A stretch of 58,986 nucleotides of DNA, filler included, from Sphacelaria rigidula (taxonomy: Eukaryota), in the NCBI GenBank assembly GCA_964200075.2. It is 6 parts of 6 records of this genome, joined end to end, with 100 filler letters (N's around TTAATTAATTAA, not from the genome) between each part and the next. Parts side by side here need not be neighbours in the genome. Positions count along the whole stretch, not along the records: positions 9,849 to 19,596 come from CAXNAA020007848.1; positions 19,697 to 29,444 come from CAXNAA020007849.1; 4 more parts are not named here. One strand, written 5' to 3'. The notes under the pieces were generated by a model. It saw only the letters and a program-made list of their open reading frames with translations. It searched no databases and had not been told where the DNA came from. Made by a program: the position numbers and the translations under genes. Below, one piece after another: positions 10,421 through 22,575 of the stretch; within the stretch, counting starts at the first letter, position 1; each line of letters starts with the position of its first letter.

Positions 10421-12149
10421 GCGAGTCACGTGGGTCATCCGCTGATCTCCACGTCGTCGGGGGAGTCCGTAGGCACCCGCCACGCACGGTTCCGCGTCAG
10501 GTTGTGTTCTGGGCGCGTCAGGCCTTCTGCAGCGATGGCTAGACGAATGTTGTCTCGCGCTAAGGAGACTCCCGCGGCCCGCCTCGCTGGCACCACCGGT
10601 GGGGCCCAGGCGTTGTCGAGAAGGCTCACATCTTCGCTCATGAAAGGTTGACTGGCCATCGCCGGCGGTAGCGAGCGGCAGTCACGCAGGAAGTGGTGAA
10701 GGCGAACGATGCTGCGCATGACGAGACCCGTGCGCTTCAGCGGCACTTCTAGCGGCCTCCATAGGATCCCCCCAAGTGCGGACCTAACGACGAGTCCAAT
10801 AGGCCACGGGGTACCGGCGCGTGAGAACACAAACGCCATGGTGGAACATGCGATGGAGGGAATTGAATGGTAATTCTGACGAACCCCGAGGGGGGGGGGG
10901 GGGGGGGGGGGTGGTTTGGTATTTTTTTTGAGTGAAAAAAAAGGGACAATTTTTTTTTTTTTCTCTTTTTTTTNNNNNNNNNCGGGGGGGGGGGGGGGGG
11001 GGGGGGGCATCGCATTGCTCATGTTATGAAGTGAAATAACAGGGATAACTCTGTTATGTATCCACTATCTGTCACGACGACAGACTATGGAGGAACTGAC
11101 ACATGAGCCTCACCATGATGCCGAACGTCTGTTCGATCGCCATGCGCGACTGTGACTGGAAGAAGTTGAAGGAGTCATAGGTCCAAGCCAACTTCGTACC
11201 CGGGTAGGGAACTAGCATCTTCTCCGACGGCCCGTACGCTGCGTCTCCGACGACATAGTAGGGCGACGGAATAGAGGCCGCGAGCTCGTCGAACCGCGCA
11301 GAGACCCAAGCCTGCCGATCGTTCGTGCTCCCCGGTGTGTTCATGCAGCACGCCACGATCCTGTAGTCGGTGTCGCGCATTGCCTGGGGAAGGTGAGGCA
11401 GAAAGGGTGATCGTGGTATGTCAGTCTAAAGCTGCCGAATGCAGAAGAGGCTGACATACAGCAGCATTGGCTGGTATACACGACACGCGAGAGTAGCCAT
11501 GGACTCTTTGGAAAGGGCTGTACTGTCAGAGACCGGGGGGTGCGTAGGGCGGGAGGCTCGTCGTTGTCAGGGGTATCGTAAAAGTAGAGACTGGTGCCCT
11601 TGTTATTTTTTTTCAAGACAGCCAATCCGTATTTGTGTAAATATGATGACTTCAGTTCGTCTATGGGCAATATTCTCCCGTGTATTGATTTTTCGAAGCC
11701 CAGTCCATCGGAAGATATTTGTAGGATACGCGCCATTAAGCGAGATAAGTTTCCGACGCTATGAACGGTGGCTTTCGGTTCATCACCTTTGCTGAGATCG
11801 GGAGACTTCTGGATCTCTCCCGATTGGGGCCCCCAAACTATGGGAGAAGCGGGAGTCTCCCGATCCGAGCAGAAAGGTGATAAAACCAAAAGGTAAGGTC
11901 CAGCGAATCGTAGAATTGCGAAATCACCCAATTTCCTCAGGGGTAGCCGAAAAACATTGCCCGACTGGCTGGGGTCGGGAAGAGAAGGCCGCGGCAGAAA
12001 AACGCCCGCACACGGGCTGAAATCGTCATATTTGTACAAACACGGGTCGATTTCCATCAAATATGGTTCTACACAATCGGTATTCTTGACGCGGAGATAT
12101 ACAGCCGATGAATGTCCGAATAGCAACGTGTGGCACCTTTGTTTTTATA

Positions 12150-12380
12150 TTTGCCAGATTTAGTCGCCTTCTTCTTCGTAATTTCTTCCTGTTTCGCTTG
12201 TATTGTTTGTGAGTTTTTTGGTTCTGGGTATATTTTTGTTTTCGTTATATTCTGTCTGATCTCCTCGTGCCTCATTGTGGGTACCTAGCCTGTGACCACG
12301 GAAGGAGTCCGCATCAGACCCCCAGCACGGATCTACCACGCGGGTGTCGGAACGGTTCTTAATGTGAAGACAACAACAAA
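12150..12380 (+). mobile_element. retroposon (SINE/LINE) 3' end with (CAA)n tail, inside Harbinger intron 1
   Basis: T-rich body then gcctgtgaccacggaagg.gtccgcatcaga...gtgaagacaacaacaaa. A homologous copy lies at 34968-35060. Confidence 0.7.
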
Positions 12381-12381
12381 C

Positions 12382-12700
12382 AGTGGATTCTCAAAATTGG
12401 GGTTGAAAAGATTAAGCTTCAACACAAGAGCCGCGCTTTCCCTGAGCTAGATGCATGACAAATGCACACTCTTGCCTCGATTTCGGGTGAAAAAAGAACG
12501 TTTCTTGGTCCCAAATCATGCTTTCGCACGAGCCCTCCGAGGGAACGGAAACCCAGGAATCCCCCTACACAGTGTTGGGGAGGTCGGGAGGGATCAGGTC
12601 GTCGGTATGAAAGTCATTTGTCATGAATTTAGGCGAGAGAAATCACGGGTATTGAGTCCAACCTCTTGTACCTTTTCAACCCCTTTTTCGAGAATCCACT
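12382..12700. mobile_element. MITE with ~29-bp TIRs (AGTGGATTCTC.AAA..GGGGTTGAAAAG), inside Harbinger intron 1
   Basis: Inverted termini. The internal sequence is homologous to 36590-36900. Confidence 0.8.
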
Positions 12701-13974
12701 ACTGGCCACAATATGCGTGGCGGCTACCACTCAATGTTCTTGACCCCTTGACCGCGGTGCGGGTAGGCCACCTAGATTATGCAACAGTTCTCCAAGCGAA
12801 TATTGATCACAATTCATTGGCAGGTGACCTACCCATGAGATCTAAGTGTCAAGTTAACACAAGGTGTCTGCCGGGAGTAAAAAACTTGGTCACGGTGTTA
12901 ATACTGTCTGTACTGTACGAACGAGGAGAAAGTCCTATTTTTATATTTTCAAATGCGGCGGTCCGGTCGAAATTTTGACTGTGTAGACGGCACGGTCGTC
13001 ACCTGCAAGGTCATGCCCACTGCCTTCTGCCTTCTTGTGTCCGGAATAGAAACGATCAGGAGCAGCGTGCTCCCGTGCACTTGGTTTCTTCCACCGCACC
13101 AGTAATGCATCTGCTGCCGCTACACAGTATTTCATAACATCCACTGCGCCGCGCCCTCTGAATCCCAATGCCGCGCGGTCCAGCTCCTCAGGAGTGCGTG
13201 GAGACTTTACACGGAGTTTCCTGCAGCCCAGGATCGCGGCCAGCGTATACTTGATGCAGGCGTAGGCTGTGCTCTTTCCCATATGGGGACCGTCCATGAC
13301 CTCGTAGATGCTGCCGCCCGCAAGCCCTCGCAGTGTGCCAGCCAAGGCCCACTCGCTGGCAGTGGTACCGATAAATTTGCGCCAGGTAAGACGGCGCCTC
13401 TTGATCATCTCGCGTCGCGGCAAGGGCTCGACCTCGGATGCTGCACAGAAGATGAAAAACTGCATGGCGCCCGTCAACCAGCACGCCATCGCCGAAATAG
13501 TCAGCAGCCAGTGCTGGTAGCGTCGCACTCCTATTATCTGCGCGCTGGACCGCGTATCCAGCGGTTGCCCCGGTTGATGGCTAGGGCGCATAATCGCCAC
13601 AGCTGCGTCCAGTGCCAACACTTGATCCCGACTGAAGTTGGCGACGTGGGGGAAACCGGTGCTAGTACAAACCGCTGTTCTTCGTGTCGGATGATGACGG
13701 ATTATTATACAATCGACATCGACCAAGTACCGGTTCACTCTACTTTTTCGATCGGAAGCTTGAAAATCCATCCGGACCCAACTGCATCAAAACGATAATT
13801 TTTCGCTCGACTCAATTCCACCGCTTCGTTTTTTCGATCGAGAAAAAACAAAAGTGCGAAGACAGGCCCTTAGCACACCACTGTAGCAGTGTTATACCTT
13901 TTCGATAATATGGAGGCATGATTGCCGCAGAATATACACCTTCTAGTAGTTACTGTCATATTCCGAGGTTTCAG

Positions 13975-15020
13975 TTGCCTGAGCCCAAGACTGGACATCA
14001 TCACGGAAAGAGGGTTGGGCACTTCCAGCATCAAGAGCTCGCCTCACGGGCGGATTGCGGATGTGGAGGAAGCTGCATCACTTCCGAGGTATGTAACAGC
14101 ATAGATTGCAAGCGATTTCTATCGAAAAATCATGCCGCCATGATAGTACACGACGAAGTTCGTGGAGGGTCATGTACATGCGGGCCCCACCCCGTGCGCA
14201 CTGGTCTGAACACATATGAAACAGTACAGTACAGTACATCATATGCTGCTTACCGCCTGTGTTTTACTGCGCACCACCCGCAGCAGTGAGGCCTGTAGCG
14301 GTACAACGTGCTTGATGCACAGCGGCAACGTGGAAGGTGACATGGCACACGCAGGACGTAATATCGTTTGTATATCTCTGTCCTGCAGTGATTCTCACCT
14401 ATCTTTCGCAGTTCACCGCCACATGTACCCAGCCGCTTCTGCTGCCGTGCATGTGTACGGGGAATACCACCCGTCACGGGTCCAGATTTTCGAAACCCAA
14501 CCGTCTTGCAGCGAGGTGAGGTGTTGGTCTGTGTCCTTTTTCGTGTAACATTAAAGCCCCTGGCGGCTACATCTGCGCACCTACCTTTGGAATAATCGTG
14601 CGTTGTACCGTCGGAATGCACTGTACAGAAATGCCCACATGGCATGGAGAGGGCACGGTACCGTATTACGGCCGACAATGACGAGGGTTGGAGTAATCAT
14701 CGGCCTTACCCGTCAGAGTGCAATCTAATTCACATGTGCGGTTGCTCTCCTGTGAGGGTTATGATCTGCATGGCACTCGCGTGTGATGGACATCGACGTG
14801 AGACAGACTCTAGGCAATTGAGGTATTCGCCACTTGTTCTTGCCCTGCGCCGTGAAATTCATGTCAAACTGTGCAGGGTCAGCGTAGCAGTAGGCGGTGT
14901 GGGTGCGGATGGAAGTCATTCCGGCCGAAGAGGCGGAGTGTCCGTCGACCATGGAAGGGACCCACCAGGATGTTTCCGGAGCGGCGAAGGGCCAAGAGGA
15001 ACGGGATATGCACGCAGGAG
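13975..15020 (+). other. chain of three candidate exons (13975-14088, 14412-14515, 14877-15020) of an unidentified gene or pseudogene
   Basis: Acceptors tttcag, ctttcgcag, gtgcag; donors AG|gtatgt, AG|gtgagg, AG|gtgagc. No recognisable domain. Confidence 0.35.
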
Positions 15021-15089
15021 GTGAGCGCGAGGCACTGCTTGAAGCAAGCACCTCACACGGCGGGTACAGTGCACTGTGCCACAATTTTG

Positions 15090-16281
15090 CCGCAGTTAAC
15101 TTTCCCTCTCCTGTCCTTTTGGGTATTTGTTCGATATCTCAGCGGCAAGCGAAATTTGCCCTCTGTACGTTTTGGGTAGTCAGAGTATATTCGGTAGTGT
15201 TATCGCTTCTGTCCAAGCCGATTGAAAGTGCTGGCGTCGAGCGATTATGGGAAGAGGAGATCGGGCCCACCACATAATGCTGAATTGGTGTTGTCAAGGT
15301 CATACGGAGTAAGTACCGTGTTCATGCGGGGGGTGTTGTAGACCGTCACCGGTCGTCACAAAACACGGCATTTTACAAATTGGAGATGGATTTATCTATT
15401 GAAGCCGCTTCTTGTAGACTGACAAAAGTGTCTGCGTCAAATCGTTGTGGTCACTTTCCAGAGAAATTGTCAGGATGCGACGTTGCAGGACCATTTTTGA
15501 TGAAAATAAGTATGGGGAAGCTGACCTCAGTTCCCAGACAGAGATATTTCCAAATGTCTCCGGGAAAAGGAATCGATTCCCAGAGACTTTTCTGTCTGGG
15601 ATTTGACGTTCCATGACACACTCCTCGCACACCGCACCCGCGATGTTACAGTCAGTGCTCCATGACACAATCCTCGCATACAAGTGTAGTACAGTCGGTG
15701 GAAAATTTGCTTCATAGGTATTACATACCATACAAGTTTGGATCCTGATAACCGACATGTTGGGGCCGTAGTGAAGGAACAATTCTTGGGAAATGACATG
15801 ATCCGAGAAGATGGCCTAAATATACAGAAATTGGTTTTGCACGCAGGACCCCAATATTTCCGTGATCGACATCAAAACTAGTATGGCGTGTAGTGCTGGT
15901 CAATAGCTACCAGCGAGAGCAGAAATGGGATCGTACTCCGAATATTGGATGTGGATGCGAACATTTGCATGCTCTGCGTTTGTCATCCTCGAGAATAACA
16001 CACAGTTTGGCGTCTTTGGCGCGACACGTAGGCGAGGTCAAAATAAGTATTACTTCTCGTTCGTTCACAAAACCATACGGATCGGCCCAGTCGAGCGCAA
16101 ATACCAAAGGGTCGGGTAGTACCAACCGATACCCAAACGATGTGGCCAATCGTTCACTGGGATGAACGGCGGCACGCGCAAACACTTGCGAAAATTCCTC
16201 ACTACGGAAAGACTTGAAAATTCCCCGCCTATGAACGTTTATTGGGGTACGGTATCGGGGGGGAAACAGAGTTTACTGCGG
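15090..16281. mobile_element. non-autonomous TIR element (~1.2 kb)
   Basis: Short inverted termini ccgcagt(t/a)aact. Internal 15220-15370 is homologous to 50560-50710. Confidence 0.5.
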
Positions 16282-19200
16282 TGGAACCGCAGGGTATGCT
16301 ACTGAGGGTGTGGCACCTCGCGCGGGCGAAGGTCATGCGGCGAAAGCAATCGCGGCGGTCTTAACCGATGTGGAGGCAGGCGTCGGCGAGATGGAACTGG
16401 CGTCGGATGGCCACTCTTCAGAGGGCGACGACTCACTGACATGTGTGAACGCGGGGCGTGCAGTTGTTGTTAGCCGTTCACGGCGCCGGCCATGTGCGAC
16501 AGGTCACATCTATGTTGCGGCTGACAATTGCTGCATTTTCCACAGTGAGCGTGACAGGTCTGTGGACACAGCGCCGGTTGGATTCCCGCCTTCCCCCCCA
16601 TAAGATTGGCGTCGGGGTGCAACAATGCCGCAAATCACACCACTCGCAGCGTCACGTACGCGATGGCGGTCTTTTTTTCCCGGTAAGCATGTTGGTGATG
16701 CAGCTTCATGATCTTCTGCGACAGGTGACATACCTCAATGCCGCGCGAGGACGAGGGGACGATGATCATACAACGTACCGTGGATGCGCTGACACACCCT
16801 TCCGGGGGTATGTAGTCCGTGCATGTCTATGTAACCGGCGCTAGCGGGAAATTGTAAGGATGCTATGAAGATTGTCATCCATATTAAAAAGATCTCGGAT
16901 GCGGTTCGGACACACTCCCCGTCCTGAACCAAATGCAGATGACACTGATTCGGAGTCGGATGTTGACTCGGGCGCAGAGGAGTTGTCGGACTTCGAGGAG
17001 AATTTGCCAAATCGCCAAGCAGCGTCTTAGGAAGCGCGGATGCGAATGGGGACGAGGTAGAAGATATCATTCAGTTCCACGTATGGGAGAAACGCTCACG
17101 CGACAGGTTCTATGTACAAGATTTATGGGTGAAAGTTGAGAACACTAAACGACTACTCGCCCGCAGACTAGTCGCCCGCACCTGCGTCGAAGAGGGCTGT
17201 TGGGCGCGGAGCCCCCCTCCCCCCCCAGTCCCGATGGGGTTGGCGTCTGTTGGCCATGACACTGTAAAACACGCCGCTCACAGCGTTATCTGCGCCACGA
17301 GGTTCCTGCATTTTGTTTTGTGCGCGGTAGCGTTATATTTTCTGCGGTAACCGTGATGGAGCTTCCGTTCACGGTAAAATGCGATGGAGGTGGGATTGGG
17401 CTTACGTTTTGTTTGTTTCCCCAGTATTTCGAGGCCCCTCATCGTCCGAGAAACACATCCCCTGCTGGCGCCATGGAAGAATACACCACAGCGATCCCGC
17501 CACGTGGAATATGTGACTGTGTGAAATGTTACCACAATGGCGGTCGTTGGTAAACAAACATAGATCCCTCTAGTGTTGAGTTCTGTCACTGTAGGGGGTG
17601 TGCGAGCGCCAGCGTGTGCGGCCCGGAAACTAGTGATGTATAAGTGACATAACTGCACTCATCGGACGCGTGCTGTGTTAAAAAGGAGATCGTGGATTGG
17701 GGGAGGTTCATGTAACCTTCACCGTCGCGTCATGTCGCCGCGTTCGTGTTGACGGTATGCACGTCAAGCCTGGGCAGGTGTACGAAATTGATGTTTTTTC
17801 ATCGCACGCAGCGGCCATGGCGGCCTGCTCGCTCCGAGACTAGGAGCACAAGGGAGCAGGAGAGAAGGCACAATAGCAGTACACATGGAGCGACAATCAA
17901 TCAACATACATGGAGGCAGTTTGTTTCGTCGTCCTTGGTACGGAAGTTGTCGGGGTAGGGTAGTCGGTGATGCGAAAGGGTAAAATGAGGAAAGCGCCTG
18001 AGGAACCCTACTCCACGCCGTAAGCATGACACAGTTGGCGTCCCGGAAGCGGTCAAGAGTTGTTAGTCCGACTGTGTTCGTCCGTCCAGTGGAAAGGTTG
18101 TGTTCGCATCATACTGCGTCGGCGGCGCAGGTCTAGTCATTCTATCCCGCCGCTAGTGTTGAGTGGGATAACACGCGGCGTCATGATATGCCATGGTGCA
18201 GGCGAAGAAGAGGGCATTGCCTGAATTCTCCCTGGTACAGATATGTGAGAGGAGATTCATACGGGACGGCGACCATAAGGTCGAAGGCATACGGAGCACA
18301 AGTTTCTTTGCAAATACAGGGCTACAGTAACTTGGAGCGTCCTAGCCTGTGGGAGATGTCAGCAACATGATGCCATGGATGAGATATCCTTACGCTTGAT
18401 CCCAAATTGGCGTTTTGCGTGACATTATTCGATACTATGTATGCTGGAAACCCAAATCTGTGTCTACATATGAAGTTCATATTAGTGGGCTTCAAGTCCC
18501 GTTCTCGCAAGCAATCAGGATATCACCTGTAATTTTCCACCGGAGGAGTGTGTATTTCGCCGAAATAAACATGCGACATTTGCTCTCCGAAAACTCTCTC
18601 CACTGTAACAGCCGCAGAAGCCGTTGTGCTTTTTCTGTATATGCACTGCACTCAACGTGAGGCTCTACGGATCTAACCCGGCGACTACCCTGTGGAAAGA
18701 CTACACCCTATGGCCCGCTACTTACCCCCGCCGCCACCACATCGGCGTCACCGCGTGCTGGCGAGCCTCTTCTACGGCGCATCGACCACACATTTTTTTC
18801 CTTCTCCCCCGATAGCATGGTAGTCGGCATGCCGATCGACTCTGATGTAATCGTGATTTATCAGTGGGTTATGGCACCCGGTATGTGAAATCGTGAAGCG
18901 AGTGTCGTCAGCTCTTGAACCCAATGTCACCACGACTCCAATGGCTTCATGAAAATAAAATATCGTTTTTACCGCAAACAGCCGCAAACTGTGTTTTATT
19001 ACGTCGGCACAAGCACTGCAGGCTGCGGATACATACACAAGTGTGAAGTTCCAACGTCGAACCGTCGGGAGGTTGGTATCCGATGCACGGATGTAAAGCT
19101 GCCGGCTGCCCACTAGGGAAGCGTCGAGCATGTTGACGGTAATTGGCAACTCCCCCGCGCGTACGTGTGCCGACTGATGTGCACGCAGATGAGCGCGTAA

Positions 19201-19596
19201 TACATCCGTCAACCGCGCTTGTGCCATAGGCAACAAACAGTTCGTGGCGCACGCGGGAGTGAAATCCGCCTCCGGTGCTATTCGCTGCCATAATCAATGC
19301 CCGTATGTTGGGGGAAGGTCGCTGTGGACACAGGCGCTATGGCGCGAAAGCTTGTTGTTACCTTTCGCGGCGTGAGGATTTCTGGACCCTGTCTCACAGT
19401 ATACTGCACGCATTCGACGCTGCGCTGCCTTCGGCAGTGGACAGCAGATTTCAGTACTATGCGCAGTACACTTTTTTCAAAGCTGAGCAGAAATATCCTG
19501 TCCATCGCAAGGGCGGGTGAAAAAAATATCCCTGGGGGGCGCCCAGCCGCGGGGCAGGCCGGTGGGCGGTTCTCCGTCTGGTGATGATGGGGGGGG

Positions 19597-19696
19597 NNNN
19601 NNNNNNNNNNNNNNNNNNNNNNNNNNNNNNNNNNNNNNNNTTAATTAATTAANNNNNNNNNNNNNNNNNNNNNNNNNNNNNNNNNNNNNNNNNNNN
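19597..19696. other. artificial contig linker
   Basis: N44-TTAATTAATTAA-N44. Confidence 0.99.
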
Positions 19697-20622
19697 CGGG
19701 GGTCCGCCCCTACAAAGCCGGGACGGAGCACGCCGGGTTCTCGCCGGACCAGGCGGGACAGGGGGGGTGTTATCATCTGTTGGTTGCCTTAGTCGTTGGA
19801 CCATTGACCATGCATCCCTTTCGAGACGGAGCACAAGGTGGGGGGGAAGGGGTAAAAATTCCAATGTTAGTGGTACGCTGAATACATGCGGAAAGGCACT
19901 GTACTTGTGCGCTGCAGCTGTCTCTGAAGCTCACGGCACGTTGTCCGAACGCACAACCCGGACCCCTTCGACTACGTATTTTCCGAGGGGTGGGAGGATG
20001 AAGAGCGTACGAGGGAGACGCCGTGGTAGACGTCAGCTTCGTGTGATCCCTAGACTGGTGGCCTTAGATGAACTATGGCACATTTGGGGTTCAAAACGGC
20101 TGTTTTTCCTCAAAAGACACAACGCGTCCCTAGATGAACATGTGCGTATGTACTGTACATATCTGTAGGAATTACTCATGGTGCCAGAGAATCCAGGAGC
20201 GGTAGACACGAGTCACGTGCATGTCTTCGCCGAGGGTTGTTTTCGTTAGGGAATATCCTTGCACGCTTTGCAAGTGGCCGGCGCTGGCAGCCACCACGGC
20301 TGCGATATATGCAAACAACATACATATTATCTCCGCTCAGTGCTCCATGACAACGCTGCAGATAGTGTGGAGCCATGCTAACCGAGGAAGACTACGAGCA
20401 GGGCATAAAACGCACCCGTTGCATATGCTCTTCTACGGTTGAGTTTTCGTTACCCAAATGGTCACAAACAGCTACGCCGCCAGGTAGGTCATCTCCAAGG
20501 CAACAAGGTGACTAAATTGAGCAACCACAACAATCAAAGTGGTCACTCCTCTTCTACCGGGCTTCTTTCCCGCCTTGGGATTTTCCTCTGGAAACTTACA
20601 AATACGCATGTGTGACTTCGTG

Positions 20623-20891
20623 AGCTGAGCAATGCTACGGTACGGGTGCAATTTTTGCGCAAAACCTTGTGTGGTTCAGGGACTCCCGACGATTCTAGAT
20701 TCACGAGAATGTGGATGAGGGCATCCCCGTTTGGAAATCCCTTCGGGATATCCCCAGCGTATTGGAATATAATAGTAGTCCTGGCGCACTCTCACATATT
20801 TCATAAGTCGTGTTTTGGATGAGATGAAGGGCTTCTAATAATTGTTACCTCAGAAAATATTTGTGCACCCCTACCGTAGCATCTAAAAGCT
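20623..20891. mobile_element. MITE (family of 42687-42957)
   Basis: TIR atgctacggta.gggtgca. The internal atccccgtttg.aaat...ttcgggatatccc.agcg.attggaa is shared with 42790-42835. Confidence 0.8.
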
Positions 20892-21124
20892 TTTTTCGGT
20901 TGCTACGGGAACAGCTCCCCCCCCCCCCAAACACACACCCCTGCCCACTGGAAACCCCTGGATCCCTGGACTGTAAAGTGGCGAAACTGTTCCGAGGCGA
21001 GGCTGGCAGCAGCGCAAGGTTCAAACAGTAAACGTGATTGAGGGGTGAGGAGTCATGGAATATACGAGATGTGTCGTGTTCCGGGGTTGTGCCCTCAAAG
21101 AGAGAGAGAGGACTGATTTTAATT

Positions 21125-21490
21125 TTATTGATCGATTGATTGGTGCACGTTGACTGAGGAGCTACTCAGTCGTAGTACCGAGGACCTCGGCACTGAGGGA
21201 CTCACTGCAATACGGTTCCGAAAATGCACACTCGTGCTGAAACGGTTGAGGGCGCCTCATCGCACACGATGCAAATATCTCCAGGTATCGCTGTTTTCGC
21301 AAAGTAATCGATTTGACCGTTCCCACGGAGTCATCGATCCATCAGACCCACACCCTGCACGATGTATCTCGACACAACGCACATGTCCTATTCTTATGAG
21401 CCGGCCTGAACACGGGGGGCTCTCACGTCGGGGCTCTCGTGGTCAAGTCTGCACACGCAACGGCTCCACTTCCTAGAGCGCACCACGCAT
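21125..21490 (-). mobile_element. SINE/LINE-like retroposon ending in a hairpin plus (CAAT)n tail
   Basis: The minus strand ends ggtactacGACTGAGtagctcCTCAGTCaacgtgcaccaatcaatcgatcaat. The 5' boundary is uncertain. Confidence 0.5.
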
Positions 21491-22272
21491 GTGCAGGTGA
21501 CCCTCAAGGCGACACTTCGACCACTACTACATGACTTTTTGAGTCATGCCGCGATCCCCATCCCCATACAGTTTCAGAACTGCATGAAACCGGGGAGAGA
21601 TAGGTTGATTGATCCCTTGAGATCACGGACTCGCCCCGAGAAAGGGGAGGGGTTCAAAGTGCGACTAAAATAAACAAAATAACAATAATAATAGAATAAT
21701 ACATGGAATAAAAAATGAAGCGCCTCACATGGGCGACACTGGCGAAGACGATCTCAAGCGTGGGAGTCCCCAGCTGCTCAGTGTGCTCGGCTTCGTCATT
21801 TTGATTTACATGTAGATTTTGTCCTCTCGAACAAGCCACTTCCCTGGGGGGTGACTATTGCGGCATCAGTCGTTGAAATAAAAAAGTTGTCACCGACACC
21901 CATCTAGACTCGGCGCGGATCAAGGAACAGGCAGCGCTCCGTCGGAGGGGTGCGGGGGGAGACGAGAGACCGGACACGACACCAGAGTTGAAAAAAAACC
22001 CCGTCGTATACGCAGCTCCCGAGTTGATGGCAGGTGGGCCATTCCCACAGCCGCCGGGGCAACGTAAAGCTTGCTCTTGTGATGGCATACATGCCACACG
22101 GGCTACATCTCATCATAGTTTGCTCCCCATGAACCAAGCCCCGGGCCATTGTCCCGGCCTCCCAACCCCGAACAGAAAAGAAAGGAAAAACACTCGTCCA
22201 GACACGAAACGGAAGGAGGGGCAGAACAAGTAAAGAAGAAAATAATAGCACATTTATGTGAAGTTTCGGAGT

Positions 22273-22575
22273 CTAACTCGTACAAACGGCGTAAAGTTTT
22301 GCGCGTTCGTGCGATGATGTGAGCTTGAAACGTGCAAACTCCTTCCTACTTGGTTTTGGTTTACTATAACAGCGCCTCTAGAGTGAATTAAACGTCAAGG
22401 CGACAAAAACTGTGTGAGGTTTGCGAGTTTCTCGACCAATTTTTGTACATATGTCCCTTGAACTACTCCGGGACGCATCATGTTAACTTTTGGAGGGGGG
22501 GGCATTCAATACCTCCTTCTCGAGCTCTTCACTCTGGGCCCCCGAAAGCTGGTTGAGAACGGAGAAACTTTGAAA
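22273..22575 (+). repeat. dispersed ~300-bp repeat, copy 1 (copy 2 at 24761-25046)
   Basis: taactc...caaacggcgt.aagttttgcgcgtt.gtgcgatga.gtgagct.gaaacgtgc...gagaacggagaaactt is present in both. A partial match also lies near 48370-48395. Confidence 0.85.

Larger units (their letters stand above)
10435..13489 (-). pseudogene. PIF/Harbinger DDE transposase (DDE_Tnp_4/HARBI1-like) pseudogene; exons ~13489-13003, 11383-11114, 10783-10435
   Basis: Motifs LAGTLRGLAGGS, KSTAY, CVAAAD, FYSGHKK, LQ|AMRD, PGSTND, VVGDAAY, FNFFQSQSRMAIEQTFG, WGILWRPL, LHHF. GT-AG introns at 13002-11384 and 11113-10784. Frameshifts at 13021-13034 and 10768-10773. Confidence 0.9.

Noticed and set aside
10890..11010. G-quadruplex or regulatory poly-G/poly-T block
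   Set aside because: Homopolymer runs around a 9-N internal gap look like low-quality sequence.
11341..12126. 261-aa ORF as an independent gene
   Set aside because: It lies inside the Harbinger intron, has a non-ATG start and no recognisable domain; kept only as a weak lead.
21988..22233. Protein kinase suggested by YAAPEL
   Set aside because: No HRD, DFG or other kinase subdomains in frame nearby.
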